DNA from: Phaeosaccion multiseriatum
Lineage: Eukaryota > Protista > Ochrophyta, other classes
Assembly (NCBI GenBank): GCA_965112735.1
Contig: OZ218954.1
Coordinates: 1,364,001-1,428,000, forward strand
Direction of reading: 5' to 3'
DNA: 64,000 bases
Part shown: in pieces, positions 37,572-49,770 of the stretch
Layout of the letters: every line of letters begins with the position of its first letter
Position numbering within the stretch: the first letter of the stretch is position 1
The notes under the pieces: model-generated
The model's input: only the letters and a program-made list of their open reading frames with translations
The model's database searches: none
Told to the model about the DNA's origin: nothing
Program-made: the position numbers and the translations under genes

Positions 37572-39152
37572 CTACGCGCTCTCCGTGGATATGCGAGAGA
37601 GGATGCGATGCTGCTCCACACTCAGGCCATTGCCCAATTTGCCTTCTCCAATGGACTCCAGGGCAGAGGCGGATATCTCCAGGTGCGGCTCTTTCATGCC
37701 AGCGAAAGCGAAGTGCAACGCATCGCGGGTGGGGTCAAGGACTTGTTTGTAGAAGCACGCATGGGCCGCCGCCACCGCCAGGCGCAGCTCGTGTGTGGGG
37801 GGCAGCAAGCTCTCCGCCTCCTCTCGGGCGGCCTGAGCGATGAGGCAGGAGAGTGGGGCACCAGTAGGACATAGGGAGCCCGAGGGGGAGGCAGAGAGAG
37901 GAAAGAAAAAGGCGAGGAGGTGAATTGAGATAGCGACAGCGAGAGGTGGGCCGAACAAGTAGAGCCGCTGCTTCGATGAGAGTGGCGAGGCTGCTGAGGA
38001 TGGTCGTCAGTGATGACGATGCCCCAAGCTTCTTCCTTCCACCTTCCTTCTTTTCCCCACCCACTCTCACCTCAAACGAACGCAGCGCTCGGTCCACGAA
38101 GTATGCGCGCTCTTCGCTGTCAGACTCTTCTTGCCGCTGGAGCTCAACAAGGTGACCTGCATATCACACGTGCGAGTCGGGGGGGGCACGTGAACAGTGG
38201 GAGTGGACCGGCCGAGGGAACGTCAGTGAGGAAAGGGCAGGCCGGGCTGGATGCTGGATGTGCCATGGCTGTATGTTGGAGCAAGAGGCGGCAGGGTTGA
38301 GCTCTTGCAGATGGCTGAAGAGCAGGCAGGTAGTCCTTATCACTCACCGGAGTAGCGAGCCTTCAAGTAGAGGAAATGCACCTTCTGCTGGGCGGCTGAG
38401 CCAGAGGAAGCAATTTTCTCCCGCAGAGCACCAGTCTCATCAGCCAGCAACTCGTCCAAAACGTAGTTGCAGTATTCTTCAAGGACGGCCTTGGAGTGGG
38501 CGAGCAGGGCCTTGCTGACTTGGCCAGCTTGAGCCTCGTCTATCCTTATCTGAGCGGCGGGCATCTGCCTCCAGAGCGGGAGCTGATCCGACCCAACCTC
38601 GAGCGTGTGGGCCTCTCTCCAGCGGATCAAGTGCGGACTGATGACCTTGCCAATCGCCAGTACGAGCAAGCCCAGGGCCTGGGAGCTGACCTTGTCCGGG
38701 CCGCCCTCGTACTCTGTGTGCCTCCTCACGAGGTCGAGGGCCGCCTCGTACCTGCAGGTTCGGTGTGTGAGCGAGCAGGACAGTATATTCGTTTGGCTGG
38801 CGCGGCCAAGATGCTGCTCTTGTGATGCGTGTGAGGCGCTGCTTCGCTAAAGGGGCTGATAAAGGAGACGGCGTTTGTAAAGAGAGAGAGAGGGAAGATA
38901 AAGCAGAGCCTTACTTCTTCCAGTCAGATTACCACAAGTCAATCTCCTTTTGAAGGCCCTGCCTCGCACATCCTCCATCACTCACCTCTGATCCCTATAC
39001 GCTTCGTAGGCTTTATACACCAATGCATCGTCTCCCTCCAATCCTGATGGCTTGGCCTTTGCAGCAGCTCTTGCTCTCACCACACTGTCCACTACTGCCA
39101 CTCCCATGAAAGCCACCACAATGAGAATCACTGATCCATGGGAGGGTGGCAT
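37572..39152 (-). CDS. Highly divergent 14-3-3-like protein (305 aa) with a predicted signal peptide; exons 38986-39152, 38348-38751, 38071-38156 and 37572-37832
   Basis: Three GT-AG introns with consistent phases (2, 1, 0). Colinear 14-3-3 landmarks: LVYKA..A....RYE, LL..A..VI.....WR, LEEYCN.VLD.L, KVHFLYLKA.Y..L.E, AL..F.AA...A..LLPPTHELRL.....FY..VL. Confidence 0.78.
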
Positions 39153-40653
39153 GGAAAATCGCCGCCTTGCTTGGCGCGGTGCTTTCTGTGTGCCTGCCTC
39201 TTTGTTTTATTTCCTTCCTCTTCCTTCCTCTATATACTCTCTCCAAGAATAGCACTTCGTTGTGGCTCCTGCCTTGCTGTGCGCCTCCTTAGTCCTGTCT
39301 CTTGTGCCGTGCGAATAGTCACCATGATCACCACCAAGGGGAAGGCAAGTTTTGGACCGATGCGATTTTCTGAAACAGCAGTTGGTTCACCGAAGTTGGC
39401 CCTTCCCGCCAGAATATCCCGCCAAGCTATGATACGTGCGCTTCGACCATGGAACTGTACATCGAAACAAATATGGCCATCGATATCGCGCAGAGCGGGA
39501 TCGATTCCGCCCGCGCCGCCTTGGCCTTAGTCCCGGGGGCTGGCGACGACGCGGCGTAGGCGGAATCCATTGAGGGAAGTACTGTATCGCATCCAAGAAC
39601 CCTAGTAGCCTAAAGATGTGCTATCCACCAAGGCATTATGACCAAGGTGTGTATCTCCCTCTCGTTGACACCTCTAACTGCTTCTTGGTGCTGAAAGCGT
39701 GAGAGAGGAGAGAACAATGATGTTGGCCTTGCCTTTCCGCCCCCGCTGCGTCTCGATCCCTCCACTCTCACGCTCCCTTACTTTACGAATTGAATACCAT
39801 TGTGCCTACTCCTGTGCCTTTGCGCGATAGCCTCCCACCCACTCACCCACCCACCCACCCGCCGATGGGAAAGGGCAGTCCCCACTCGCTGAAGCTCAGC
39901 ACCGTCGAGATGAGGACCCGCTTGAGCGAGCTTTCTCCTTCTCACTGCCTCCCACCGCTCTGTCTGTGCGTGCGTGCGTGCGTGTCGATCCTCTGGACCT
40001 CTCTTAGTACCCCTCCGCTTTCCGCGAGCGCAGCAGTTCTCCTGACGTCCTTCCCTCCCCCCCCCCCGCCCGCTGCCCCCTACCCGCTGCCCCTCTCGCT
40101 CATCCTGACACTGTGTGCCGTTTTCTGGGGCGTCTCAGTGGTCCTTCAAAGCGTCGCTGACCACCGCAGCAATGTCCTCCTCGTACCGGCCTACGCAAGC
40201 GGAGGCCACCGTATGGGACGGAAGCGGTTCGAAAGACGGCAGGTCTGATGTATGCAAAGGAAGTGCTGCCTCGCTGCCTCTGGTGCCTGAGCTCGATGGA
40301 CCGGGGGCCGACAAGGGTACTTGAAAGGAAAATGACGTCACTTCCTTTAAGCACCCTTGGGGCCGATGGGGACAAGTGCTGGGGGCAGGCGGCGCTTCTT
40401 TCTGCCCCTGCTGCGCGCACTCTTGCTGCTGCGCTGAAGGGCTGCACGTCTCAGTGCCAAGAATCTCCTCATCCGCACCACAGAATAACTGCGCCAGAAG
40501 CGAGCTATTTCACTGCAAAGCGAGCTCTTCCATCCAATAGGGTTCCCCAAGCATCTCTCACGCACTCCACGCAGGCGTCCAGCTCTGTTCCATTTCTCTG
40601 TCTTTCTCTCTCTCCCTTTCTCTCGATGCGTGCGAAACGCACTACCGGTCATT

Positions 40654-40991
40654 TCACGGCCTCACTCGCAGCCTCACCACCCCTCCCTCACTCCGATAGG
40701 TCAGAGACCGCTCCAACATCTCTCTGGCTCTCGCTCCTCGTCCTCTTCTTTCCCCACCTCCCACTGGTGCTGCTGGTGGTGCGGCTGCAGAAGTGGTAGG
40801 GCTTTCCTCGTACACAGCACGAGGATAAGGACTCACTGCGAGCCTGAGGCTGTTACTGAACGTCGCCTTTACTTCCGCGTGACGTACCTCAAGGTCCGAG
40901 CTATACACGCTGTACGCAGTCACCGCCTCAACGTGCACACTGACACCAACCGACACGTCTCCTCCTTCTCCTTGTCCTCCTCCTCCTCCTC

Positions 40992-41034
<43 letters not shown>

Positions 41035-42844
41035 TGCTCCTGCTCCTCCTGTCCTCAGAGCTCCTGTGCATATCGAAATTAGCAGAGGCTCTGCCCCTTG
41101 AGCGAGAGGCACTATATTGAGGTCTAAAGCGGCCTCTGCGTCGCTGCATTGAGCGAGGAGGTAGCGCAGAGCTTCGAAGGAGAGTCCTCCCGACTCGGTG
41201 CGGTTAACGGCTCGGAGAACTGCAGGTACGTTGGTCCGAGGAACGGCGGATACAAGCAACACAAACATGGAGAGAGAGAGAGAGGAGAGGGAGAGAGAGG
41301 GGAGGGGGAGATACGGATAGAGAGATAGAGAAAGAGTGAGTGTGTGAGTGTGTGCGTGAGACAGAGACAGAGACAGAGAGAGGTCATCAGGAGCGAGGAT
41401 TGCCCACCCCACTGGTGAGGAATAACCAGAAGCAGCCCCAAAAGGGGACCCACCCCCTTTCCCCCTGCCCTTCCCTCTACTCAAGCACTACCGTCGAGAA
41501 GGGATGCAGACATAAGGGATGTCCCCATTCATCAAGTTCCCACACACGCACCTAACTTGGCGAATGCTTCGAGGACGCCCTCCTGAGGCACACCCGAAAC
41601 CGAAACCCGGAGCACGCAAAGTTGCAAGAACAAAGTTCAGCACCACAGGGCCAGATGTTTACACATGGCGGGGAGGAGGGAGAGCAGCGAATGAGAGGGC
41701 AAAGGGGTCAGCGCGCCGCGGGTGAGAGTCTCCATCTGTCCCTTTCTCGTGTCTCTCTCTCGATGCTGGCATCGACGCTGCATTGATAGCCTTCCTCGAG
41801 GTTCAAAGAGCCAAGGAGATTGGGGGGGGGGTACCTGAGGAGGGAAGAGCAGGGTCTAGGCCTCGTCGCTTCACCGCCCCACCACCACCACCGGCGCAGA
41901 CTTGGAGTTGACTGACTGCCTGACTGCCTTCCTGCCTGACTGACTGATTGACTGCCTGACTGACTGACTGCCTGCCTGACTGCCTGCCTGCTTGACTGCC
42001 TGACTGCCTGTCTGACTGACTGACTGACAGACTGACTGGCTGAATTGCTGCTTGCCTGCCTTCCTCCTTGACTGACTGACTGAGCGACTGACATTGGACG
42101 CACCTCCATCTTGACGACTGCCGCAGCCTCCAGTCTTCGGACGAGGTGTTTCAAAATGATCGAATAGCCAAGTGCACCCCTGAGGCTTTGCCCGTCAATG
42201 CTAACCATGTCGCGTTCTAGGTCTCTTACGGCCTGAATATGCCTGCTGTCCTTCTGCTCGCCCTGTTGTCCCGGTGGTGCTTGAAGGAGTGTGACCGGTA
42301 CCAGCACAGAAGTATACGCTGCTACTCGCGTCAAGAAGTCGGGGAGGGGAGAGGTGACAACGTCGGAGACTAAAATCTCCTGCGAGTCCCTCGTTTCAGT
42401 TGCACCCGTGAAAGGTGAAGACGGAGGCGGAGGTGGGAAGGTGGCAGAGTCTTGGCGTCCAGTTGGTAAGGTTGGAAAGCCCCAAAGCTCTGCCTGCAGC
42501 TCCGCACGGAGCCTTTCCAAGCCTAGCACCTCCTCCTCCCCGAGCAGCAGCTCGGACCCCTGTCCCCCGCCGCCCACCTTGAGCCCGTCTTCGATCAGCC
42601 TCAACCTCCTTCCCTGAAGGAAAGTGTACGCACTTGCAGCAGCAGCGGCAGAGGATACGGCACCGGCACCTGTCCCATTCCTTCCTCTCTTCCTTACCAA
42701 CGCCCGAGCTGCGTGCAGGACATCGTCTTCATCATCACAAGCAACAGCATCCTCGAGGCCATCGCAGTGTTCGCTGTTGATATCGTCCAACCCTCTTTGG
42801 ACGTCACTCCACTGCAGCCCCTCGCTGGGCCAACAGCACTCCAT
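40654..42844 (-). CDS. Hypothetical protein, 3 exons (42104-42844, ~41552-41582, 40654-~41219)
   Basis: Frame-consistent splicing gives ...QAVRDLERDMVSIDG...KME|EGVLEAFAKL|VLRAVNRTESGGLSFEAL...; complex, non-repetitive coding-like sequence; no family recognised. Confidence 0.6.
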
Positions 42845-43147
42845 CACACACTCTCAAGAGCCGCAATGGGTTCGAGTAAAAGAGGGGGAGAGGAGGGGGG
42901 AGGGAAAAAGGGAGGAGAACGAACTTGATCAGGTCCAATAATGGAGAACCAACAGCCCACCCCTTTTCTCTCGATCGATGTGTACAGTATCCTCTCAATT
43001 TCAATCCCTCCATCCCTTACCACTGCTTAAGCTACTGCCTCCTTCCACATTTTCCTTTCTTTCTTCCTTCCTTCCCTCCACTTTCCTTCCAGTCGTGTGG
43101 AGGGGGGAAGAGAAGACAGGATCAAGGACGCCCCCCCCCCCCCAAAG

Positions 43148-44146
43148 ATGCAGCTCCTCCTCAGAACAATCACAGTCGTTCTCTGCTTCACTCCGGTACG
43201 ATCCTTCGTCTCTCCGGCCGGCCTTCGACCGGTATATCGCAAGCGACTGCCGCGGGAATACGAGACTCGCCATAGCTTCCCGGAAGAGAACAGGCACAGA
43301 AGCCGCAGAGGAAACACTCGGAGCAATGCTGCTGGCGTTGCGACTTTACCACAGCAGGCACCGAAGAGGAAGCTAGGGGTGCACGTGAAGATATCGGGCC
43401 GCACTTTGACACCGTACGGCGTCTACTTTGGCCTCATGGCCTGGACTACAGGCTTCCTGCTGCTGCCAGCGCTTCTGGTGGGCGCTCTTGTCAGTCGCAT
43501 TGTGGATCGGCGCCGACTGCGCTTGCCCACACAGATAGGCAACATGTGGTGTCGACTAGTAGTGAAAGCGATGGGAGCACGGCTTCACATTGAAGGCAGC
43601 GAGAACTTGCCACCGGCGACCGAGGCGGCCGTGTACGTAGCCAACCACGTGTCATTCTTGGATATTCCCGTGGTGACGGCGGCCATTCCTCGCGCCTGCA
43701 AGTTCCTAACGAAAGCGGAGCTTGTGTGGATGCCATTAATCGGCTGGAAAGCGTTACTTGCCAACGATCTTCTGGTGTATCGCTCCAGCCCCACCACCTT
43801 CCTCGCACTGATTGAAAGGGCTGTGGGTGAGCTGAAGGGAGGAAACTCGATTATTGCCTTCGCGGAGGGAACACGGAGCAAAACCGGTGTGCTGAGGCCT
43901 TTCAAGAAGGGCCCCTTTCTCATGGCGCAAAAGGGGGGGGCGAGAGTGGTGCCTATTAGCATGACCGGCGTAGTAGAATCCATGCCGCACGACTCTATCG
44001 CGCCGGTGCGGAGACCTACTGACCTTCGCGTGGTGATCCACCCACCGATTGAGACGAAGGGGAGGGATACGAAGGAGGTGATGACGGAGTGTCGCGAGGT
44101 CATTAGCAGCGGCATCTTGGAGTGGCAGCGGCCGCCCAAGACCTGA
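43148..44146 (+). CDS. plsC: 1-acyl-sn-glycerol-3-phosphate acyltransferase (LPAAT/PlsC), probably plastid-targeted, intronless
   Basis: NHVSFLD (Hx4D), FLTKAEL..MPLIGW, FAEGTRS, FKKGPF, VVPISM. N-terminal MQLLLRTITVVLCFTPVRS-FVSP resembles a signal peptide followed by a Phe-starting transit peptide. Confidence 0.93.
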   Translation: MQLLLRTITVVLCFTPVRSFVSPAGLRPVYRKRLPREYETRHSFPEENRHRSRRGNTRSNAAGVATLPQQAPKRKLGVHVKISGRTLTPYGVYFGLMAWTTGFLLLPALLVGALVSRIVDRRRLRLPTQIGNMWCRLVVKAMGARLHIEGSENLPPATEAAVYVANHVSFLDIPVVTAAIPRACKFLTKAELVWMPLIGWKALLANDLLVYRSSPTTFLALIERAVGELKGGNSIIAFAEGTRSKTGVLRPFKKGPFLMAQKGGARVVPISMTGVVESMPHDSIAPVRRPTDLRVVIHPPIETKGRDTKEVMTECREVISSGILEWQRPPKT

Positions 44147-45619
44147 GATGTAACCGTAGTGACCACACGCGGGAAACGCCCCTCCTCCGTGCGATGGTAC
44201 CCCCTCCCCCCCTCTGCAGGCCGATGGTGGGGTCGACTGTGCGCATCAGGTCCAGGGCAGTCTGTGGCGCGAAGAGCTCCGCTGCTGCCCACCCTGGCGC
44301 AATCACTTTGCTTCTGTGTGGAAGAATCGCTCACTCGTCGATCAATTTGGATTGTTGGAGGGGTTTTACTTGGGTTAAGGCTCTCTGGCTGGATTCGAGC
44401 CACACGAAACGAGACAGATATATTTTTTATTAAAATTAACATTGTAAGGTTTAATTTAGAGGAAGGAAAGAGAGAGGAAAAAAAGGGAATGTTCAATGAG
44501 ACTCGCACCCCCTCTTGCCGATGACGCGTATCTCCAGGGGCAACCCTCTGAGGTGATGAGGCGCTCGATAGGTGGTTAAGACGGGCAAAAAGTGATTCTG
44601 TTGCACTCCCCGCCTTGCCTGCAAACCCCGGAGCAGAAACATACGGAGGCTGTGATCCAGGCGGCGGCGAAGGGTAGGGGATGCATCCTCCTCTCCTCCC
44701 GGACCTCACAGCTTCCACCTTCTGCTTCCCCGTGCGTCTTGCCCTCCTCCTCCTCCTCCTCCTAGACAGAAGACCAAAGAACAGGAGTGAAGCCTCGCCC
44801 TCCCAGCCGAGCAAGTAGGGAATGAGTGGATGGATGGATGCTATCCGGCAGAAGACCTTCCCAACTCACTCCACGCCACATTGCAGCAGCCCGTCCCCAT
44901 AGAGAGCCCACACCCGGGGCAGCATGGGCTTGACCCCAGACGACCCAGGCCCAAGCAATTCGGAGGTAGCGTCGGGTACCATCGCCAGGAGGCATCGCAG
45001 ATAGAGCCATACATCATGGCGTGGTGGTGTCCTTCATCCCATACTTGTAGCAGAGGCTTAAGCTTCCAGTCCCATTCTCCCAGCGTCTCCCCTGTTGTTG
45101 TTCGATGGGGGTGGTGCCTGTCTGATATGGCGACATGGCAGGTGTCATACTTTTTGTCTCTCTTCTGCGGTGCCGGTGGTGGCTGCTGCTGCTACCGCGG
45201 GGCTGGCTGCTACTGCTGCGTCATCGGGAGCACGGCACTTCCATCCAAGCAAGTCGCTGATTCGAACATCTGCGCCCAGACATGACCAAGCCATGACCAA
45301 GCCGCAGGCAGGGGCAGGGCCTGGCGGATGAGAAGACGCGAGGGCATGACAGCGTCGCCGGTGCAGTCATCCTCCAGCGGCCTTGCCACCCGGCCTCCTT
45401 GAAGCGGCCCCAACGGTTACTCTTTGCACCTGCACTGCTCAGTGGGCAGATCATACCCATATGCTCAGGCGGGAGGGGGGCCGTGCATCCTGACGCACCC
45501 CCTCCTCCTCTTCCTGCCTCACCTCTGCCCATCAACTCTCAGCTCAACAGCACTCTGCTGCTCGTCATGCTGCTGCTGCTGCTGCTGCTGCTGCAAGTGG
45601 GTCACCAACTTGCCTACCC

Positions 45620-46947
45620 TCACTTCTTATTCTTCTTCTTGCCACTCCCCACCGAGGCCCCAAACGACCCAAATGAGGCTCCTGTGGACCCTCCAAAGCT
45701 AAAGGCACTCGTCGAGGTGAGACCAGGAGTAGGGGCTGCCGCAGGAGCAGGGGCAGCCGTTGCTCCGAAGCTGAAGCCCCCTGTTGGCGCAGGAGCCGCC
45801 GTTGCTGCAGGGGCTGGAGCTCCGAAAGTGCTCCCAAATCCACCGAAACTGCTACTCGCTGCAGGGGCCGCAGGGGCCGGTGCTCCTCCTCCCAGTGAAC
45901 CAAACAGACCCCCCGTAGTACCCGCCTGCTGTTGCTGTTGCTGTTGCTGCGGTTGTTGTTGTTGCTGCTGCTGCTGCTGGAATTGGTACTGCTGCTGCTG
46001 CATACTGTTGACACCTCCCTCCAGCTGTTGGAGCTGCTTCTCCACCCGACAGCGTCGTATATTGTCCTCCTTATCCGCCGCTTTGAAGGGGTCATACTGG
46101 TTGGAGAAGGATTGTTTGAAGTCAGCTCGCAGCTGCTCCATCTTCTCATGCACCACCGCCACCTTTGCTGACACGCGCATAAGAGCTTCGTGTTGCACCC
46201 TGTTCGGAGGAGCGTGACGTGACGTGAGGAGGGGTGAGGGGGGGGGGGGCACGCGTGATTGGGGCGGACAGGAGGGTGCCAAAGATGTTGTGGGGAAGAG
46301 GGTGGAAGGGCTTGGGACGATGGGTGGTGTGTGAGAGGTGGGGGAGAAAGGCCCAGAGAGGACCCATGGTGCAGAAAGAAAGATGCAATTGTAATCGCAG
46401 GGAGAGAGGAATGATCGCAGTACATTGAGCTCATTGAGCTCGCTCAAACTCAAACCAACGCAACACAGCGCAACGCAACCTAACGCAACACAAATGTAAC
46501 TGTAGCTCACCTCAGGAGATTGGCCACCTCTTCCACCGACACCCTGCCCCCCGCCCTGCCCTGATTGGCGGCTTCCAGCTTGGCCACGAGTTGCCGGTCA
46601 ATGTCCTCTATCTCCGCCTTGTAGCTCAGGCTCCTCTCCTGCAACCGGAGCAGCGCCCGCTCCATGTAGGGGGAGGGGCGTATCTCGTTCTGACGCACCG
46701 TCACCTTTTGGGGGGGTTGGGGTGGGGCGTTGGCAGTGGACCGGAGGGGAGGGACGGACGGAGGGAGGGAGGGAGGGAGGGAGGAAAAGAGAGTGAGGGA
46801 GAGGGGGGAGAAGAGAGTACAAAAAGGAGAAGGAGAAGGAGCATCTTTCGTGGGGACAGTCTAAATACTACAAGACGGGTACGGCCAAGAGGACGCGGGC
46901 GCGCGCACACGCACACACGCAGACAAAGCAAATGTGACACCCACACC

Positions 46948-46986
<39 letters not shown>

Positions 46987-47468
46987 GCCTACTGAGGCGC
47001 TGCAGCGGCCACTGCATGTACTTCTCGGCGTCGAGGTTTGCTTGCTTGGTTGATGCCTTGAGCTCGCGGAGGGACTTCTCCTCAGTCTAAGGGGGGCAAA
47101 GGATGGCAGGGGTGAGGGGGCACCGGCAAAGCACATCAATCACCATTGTAAGACCAGACCAGACAGGTGCTAAGAAATGACAAACAAACAGCCTCTCTCT
47201 CTCTCCCGCCCTCTCTATCTCTCCGTCTCTACCACCTACACATTCTCTTACGTTACCTTCTGTGTGTTCTTGACGGCCAGCACGGCTTGCTGCAGCTGCT
47301 TGAGCTGCTGGTCCAGCTGCTCTCTGTTGCCCGTGTCCACCAGGGAGAGCTCGTGCTGTAACTGGCGCTTGTGGTCAATGTCTGCCAGCACCATAATGAT
47401 GTCCTTTTGTAGACTCTCGGGGAACTTGGCCATATCGAAGCGAGCATCCATTTGCAGGGCCGGATTGG

Positions 47469-47504
<36 letters not shown>

Positions 47505-48126
47505 GTTGTTGTTGTTGCTGCTGCTGTCCCCCGAGCCCCCCTCTCAAGCCCCCAAAACTAAACCCCCCACCTCCTCCTGCTGGTGGTGCCGTGCCTGTCC
47601 CTCCCCCGAATCCAAACGCACTCGTGTTGGCGGGTGCGGCAGTCGCCGCACTTCCTCCTCCAAACGTGGACCCGCCAAAAAGCCCACCCCCGCCACCGCC
47701 ACCTCCCCCGAAGCTGAAGCCGCTGCTGGGAGCGGCAGTGGTAGCAGGCGCCGCCCCCGTAGAGCCGAAGCTAAATCCTCCCCCTCCTGCTGGTGCAGGA
47801 GCCGCGCTCCCGAAACTAAAGCCTCCTGCAGCAGGAGCCGAAGCAGAAGCGGCAGGAGCGGTGCTACCTCCGAAGCTGAACCCCCCACTAGCAGTAGTGG
47901 GAGTGGCAGCTGGGGCGGCGGTCGTCGCACCAAAGCTAAAGCCGCCTGGCGCAGGGGCGGGTGTGGACGCTCCCCCAAAGCTAAATCCGCCTCCTCCGGT
48001 CGCTGGTGCTGCAGCCGTGCTACCGAAGGCACTCGTACCACCACTGCTTCCAAAGACATTGCTGGCCGGAGCGGCTGTGCTACCGAAGGCGCTCGTGCTG
48101 CCAGTGCTCCCAAAGGAAAATGCCAT
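45620..48126 (-). CDS. NUP58: FG-repeat nucleoporin, Nup58/Nup49-like, multi-exon
   Basis: N- and C-terminal FSFG/FG repeats flank a coiled-coil core containing PSPY.....RL, V+AKV..+H...E.LR and DPF.AAD, as in the Nup58 family. Confidence 0.75.
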
Positions 48127-48765
48127 CTCTTCCGATCAGTTTGGCTGTTGGGACAAATCTTTTAAGACAGGCTGCAATTGCTGACGGCGATACAGCAGAA
48201 GCAGTTGCAGCAGGTGCTATCAGGGAGAGATGGTTTTCCCGCCTCTGCTGCTGGTGCTTGCCCTGTTGATCATCTCATCCTCTGTCTCTCTTTTCCTCTG
48301 CCTCTTCCTGTTGCTGCTTCGGTGTGTGTCACTTCAAGCGAAGCAACGATCCCAAGCGAGGAAGCTCACACAGCAGAGGAATGAAAGAGTATAGAGAAGA
48401 AGGAAGAGGGTGGAGGAGAGAGGACGAGGGAGGAGAAGAGACGAGGGAGGAGAAGAGAGAGGAGTGTGCTCTAGGGTGGGTGGTGGTTCTCCGCCGACGA
48501 TTCCCCCTTGGGGACGCGGCCTCATCTTTCGTCCATCGTCCTCACGGCCCGTAGTTAGGCGAGCTGGAGGCGACGATGCTCTGGATTGGTATTGAGGATC
48601 CAGCAGCAGGTGTGGCGCAGTGCTGGCTGTGGTAGTGCTTGCGCAGCGGGGGGCCACACCTGATTTTTTTCTTGGTTTCAAAAGCATCTCGGGAGAAAGG
48701 GATTTTCGCTCCCTCTCGCCGTCCTCTGCTCCTTGTGCTGCTGAGCAGCGCGTCGAAGCGACACG

Positions 48766-49681
48766 ATGATGAGGGTACGACCAGTACAGCAGCAGGCCGT
48801 GGCCCTCAGAGGCGCCGCAGCTTCAAGGCTTCGAAAGGCGCAGGCCAATCGAGCCATTACGGGAGAGGGAGGACAAGCACCATCCTGGCGAACACAGAGC
48901 GCCTCTTCAGCAGCCGCGGCGGCAGGACGGACTTTGCGGCGTCCACTGCCCATGGGTATATCCACTCAGACTATGGGTGCTACAGCAGCTTCGCAGGGCA
49001 GCTGGAGTGGCAGGAGTGGCGCTCATGAGGGATCGAATGGAGGAGGCGAAGGAGGAGAAGGAGAGCGCAGAAGATGGGCGCTCCTCACCACATTGCTCGG
49101 TGCGGCTGTCGCCACGGTGATATCAGGCGCCTCGCTGGGGCGAGGTGGCGGTCAGGAGGCAGCAGAGTGCAGAGGCTTGCAGGAGAGCGAACTGCAGCAC
49201 AAGGAGACACAGAGGCCCGTGGAGGAGAAGTGGCCCTTGGCTCCTCCTGTTGGCGTGGCCAGCAACGTTGGGGTGAGCAACCCCCATGTGCAGCTGGCAG
49301 TGAGCGCCACGTACGCAGCCAACGCGCCCTCGGAGGACAGGCACGATATTGTGGAGACCCGCGCCGGCGATGTCATCGCTGCTGTGGTGGATGGGCATGG
49401 AGGGGGGCAGGTGAGGCAGGGGGGGGGGGGGGGGTGAGGCCGGGAGGGGAAGGATTCAGGAAGGGGGGGGGGTGGTGAGGGAAGGGGTGTGGGTCATGGA
49501 GTGATTGGGTGAGCGAATGGGGGCGTAGGTGAGTAGGTGGCTGAACGAGAGGGCGAGTGAGGGAGGAAGTGAGTGGGTGAGTGGGATTTAGAATCGGCTC
49601 CCTCAGATACACTCCTTCCTTCTCCTCTGGGTAGAGAGCGAATCCTGCGAGGAACTAGCATATGCGCATATACTGCCTGGG

Positions 49682-49725
<44 letters not shown>

Positions 49726-49735
49726 GAGAGAGAGA

Positions 49736-49770
<35 letters not shown>

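Noticed and set aside
39270-40650. Short ORFs upstream of the 14-3-3-like gene
   Set aside because: No domain signal; joining them would need an implausibly short intron.
43585-44814. 409-aa minus-strand ORF
   Set aside because: Largely the antisense shadow of the LPAAT CDS.
47177-48184. 335-aa plus-strand ORF with PKLKPP repeats (similar shadows at 45399-46217 and 55727-57004)
   Set aside because: Antisense reading of FG-repeat or channel exons.
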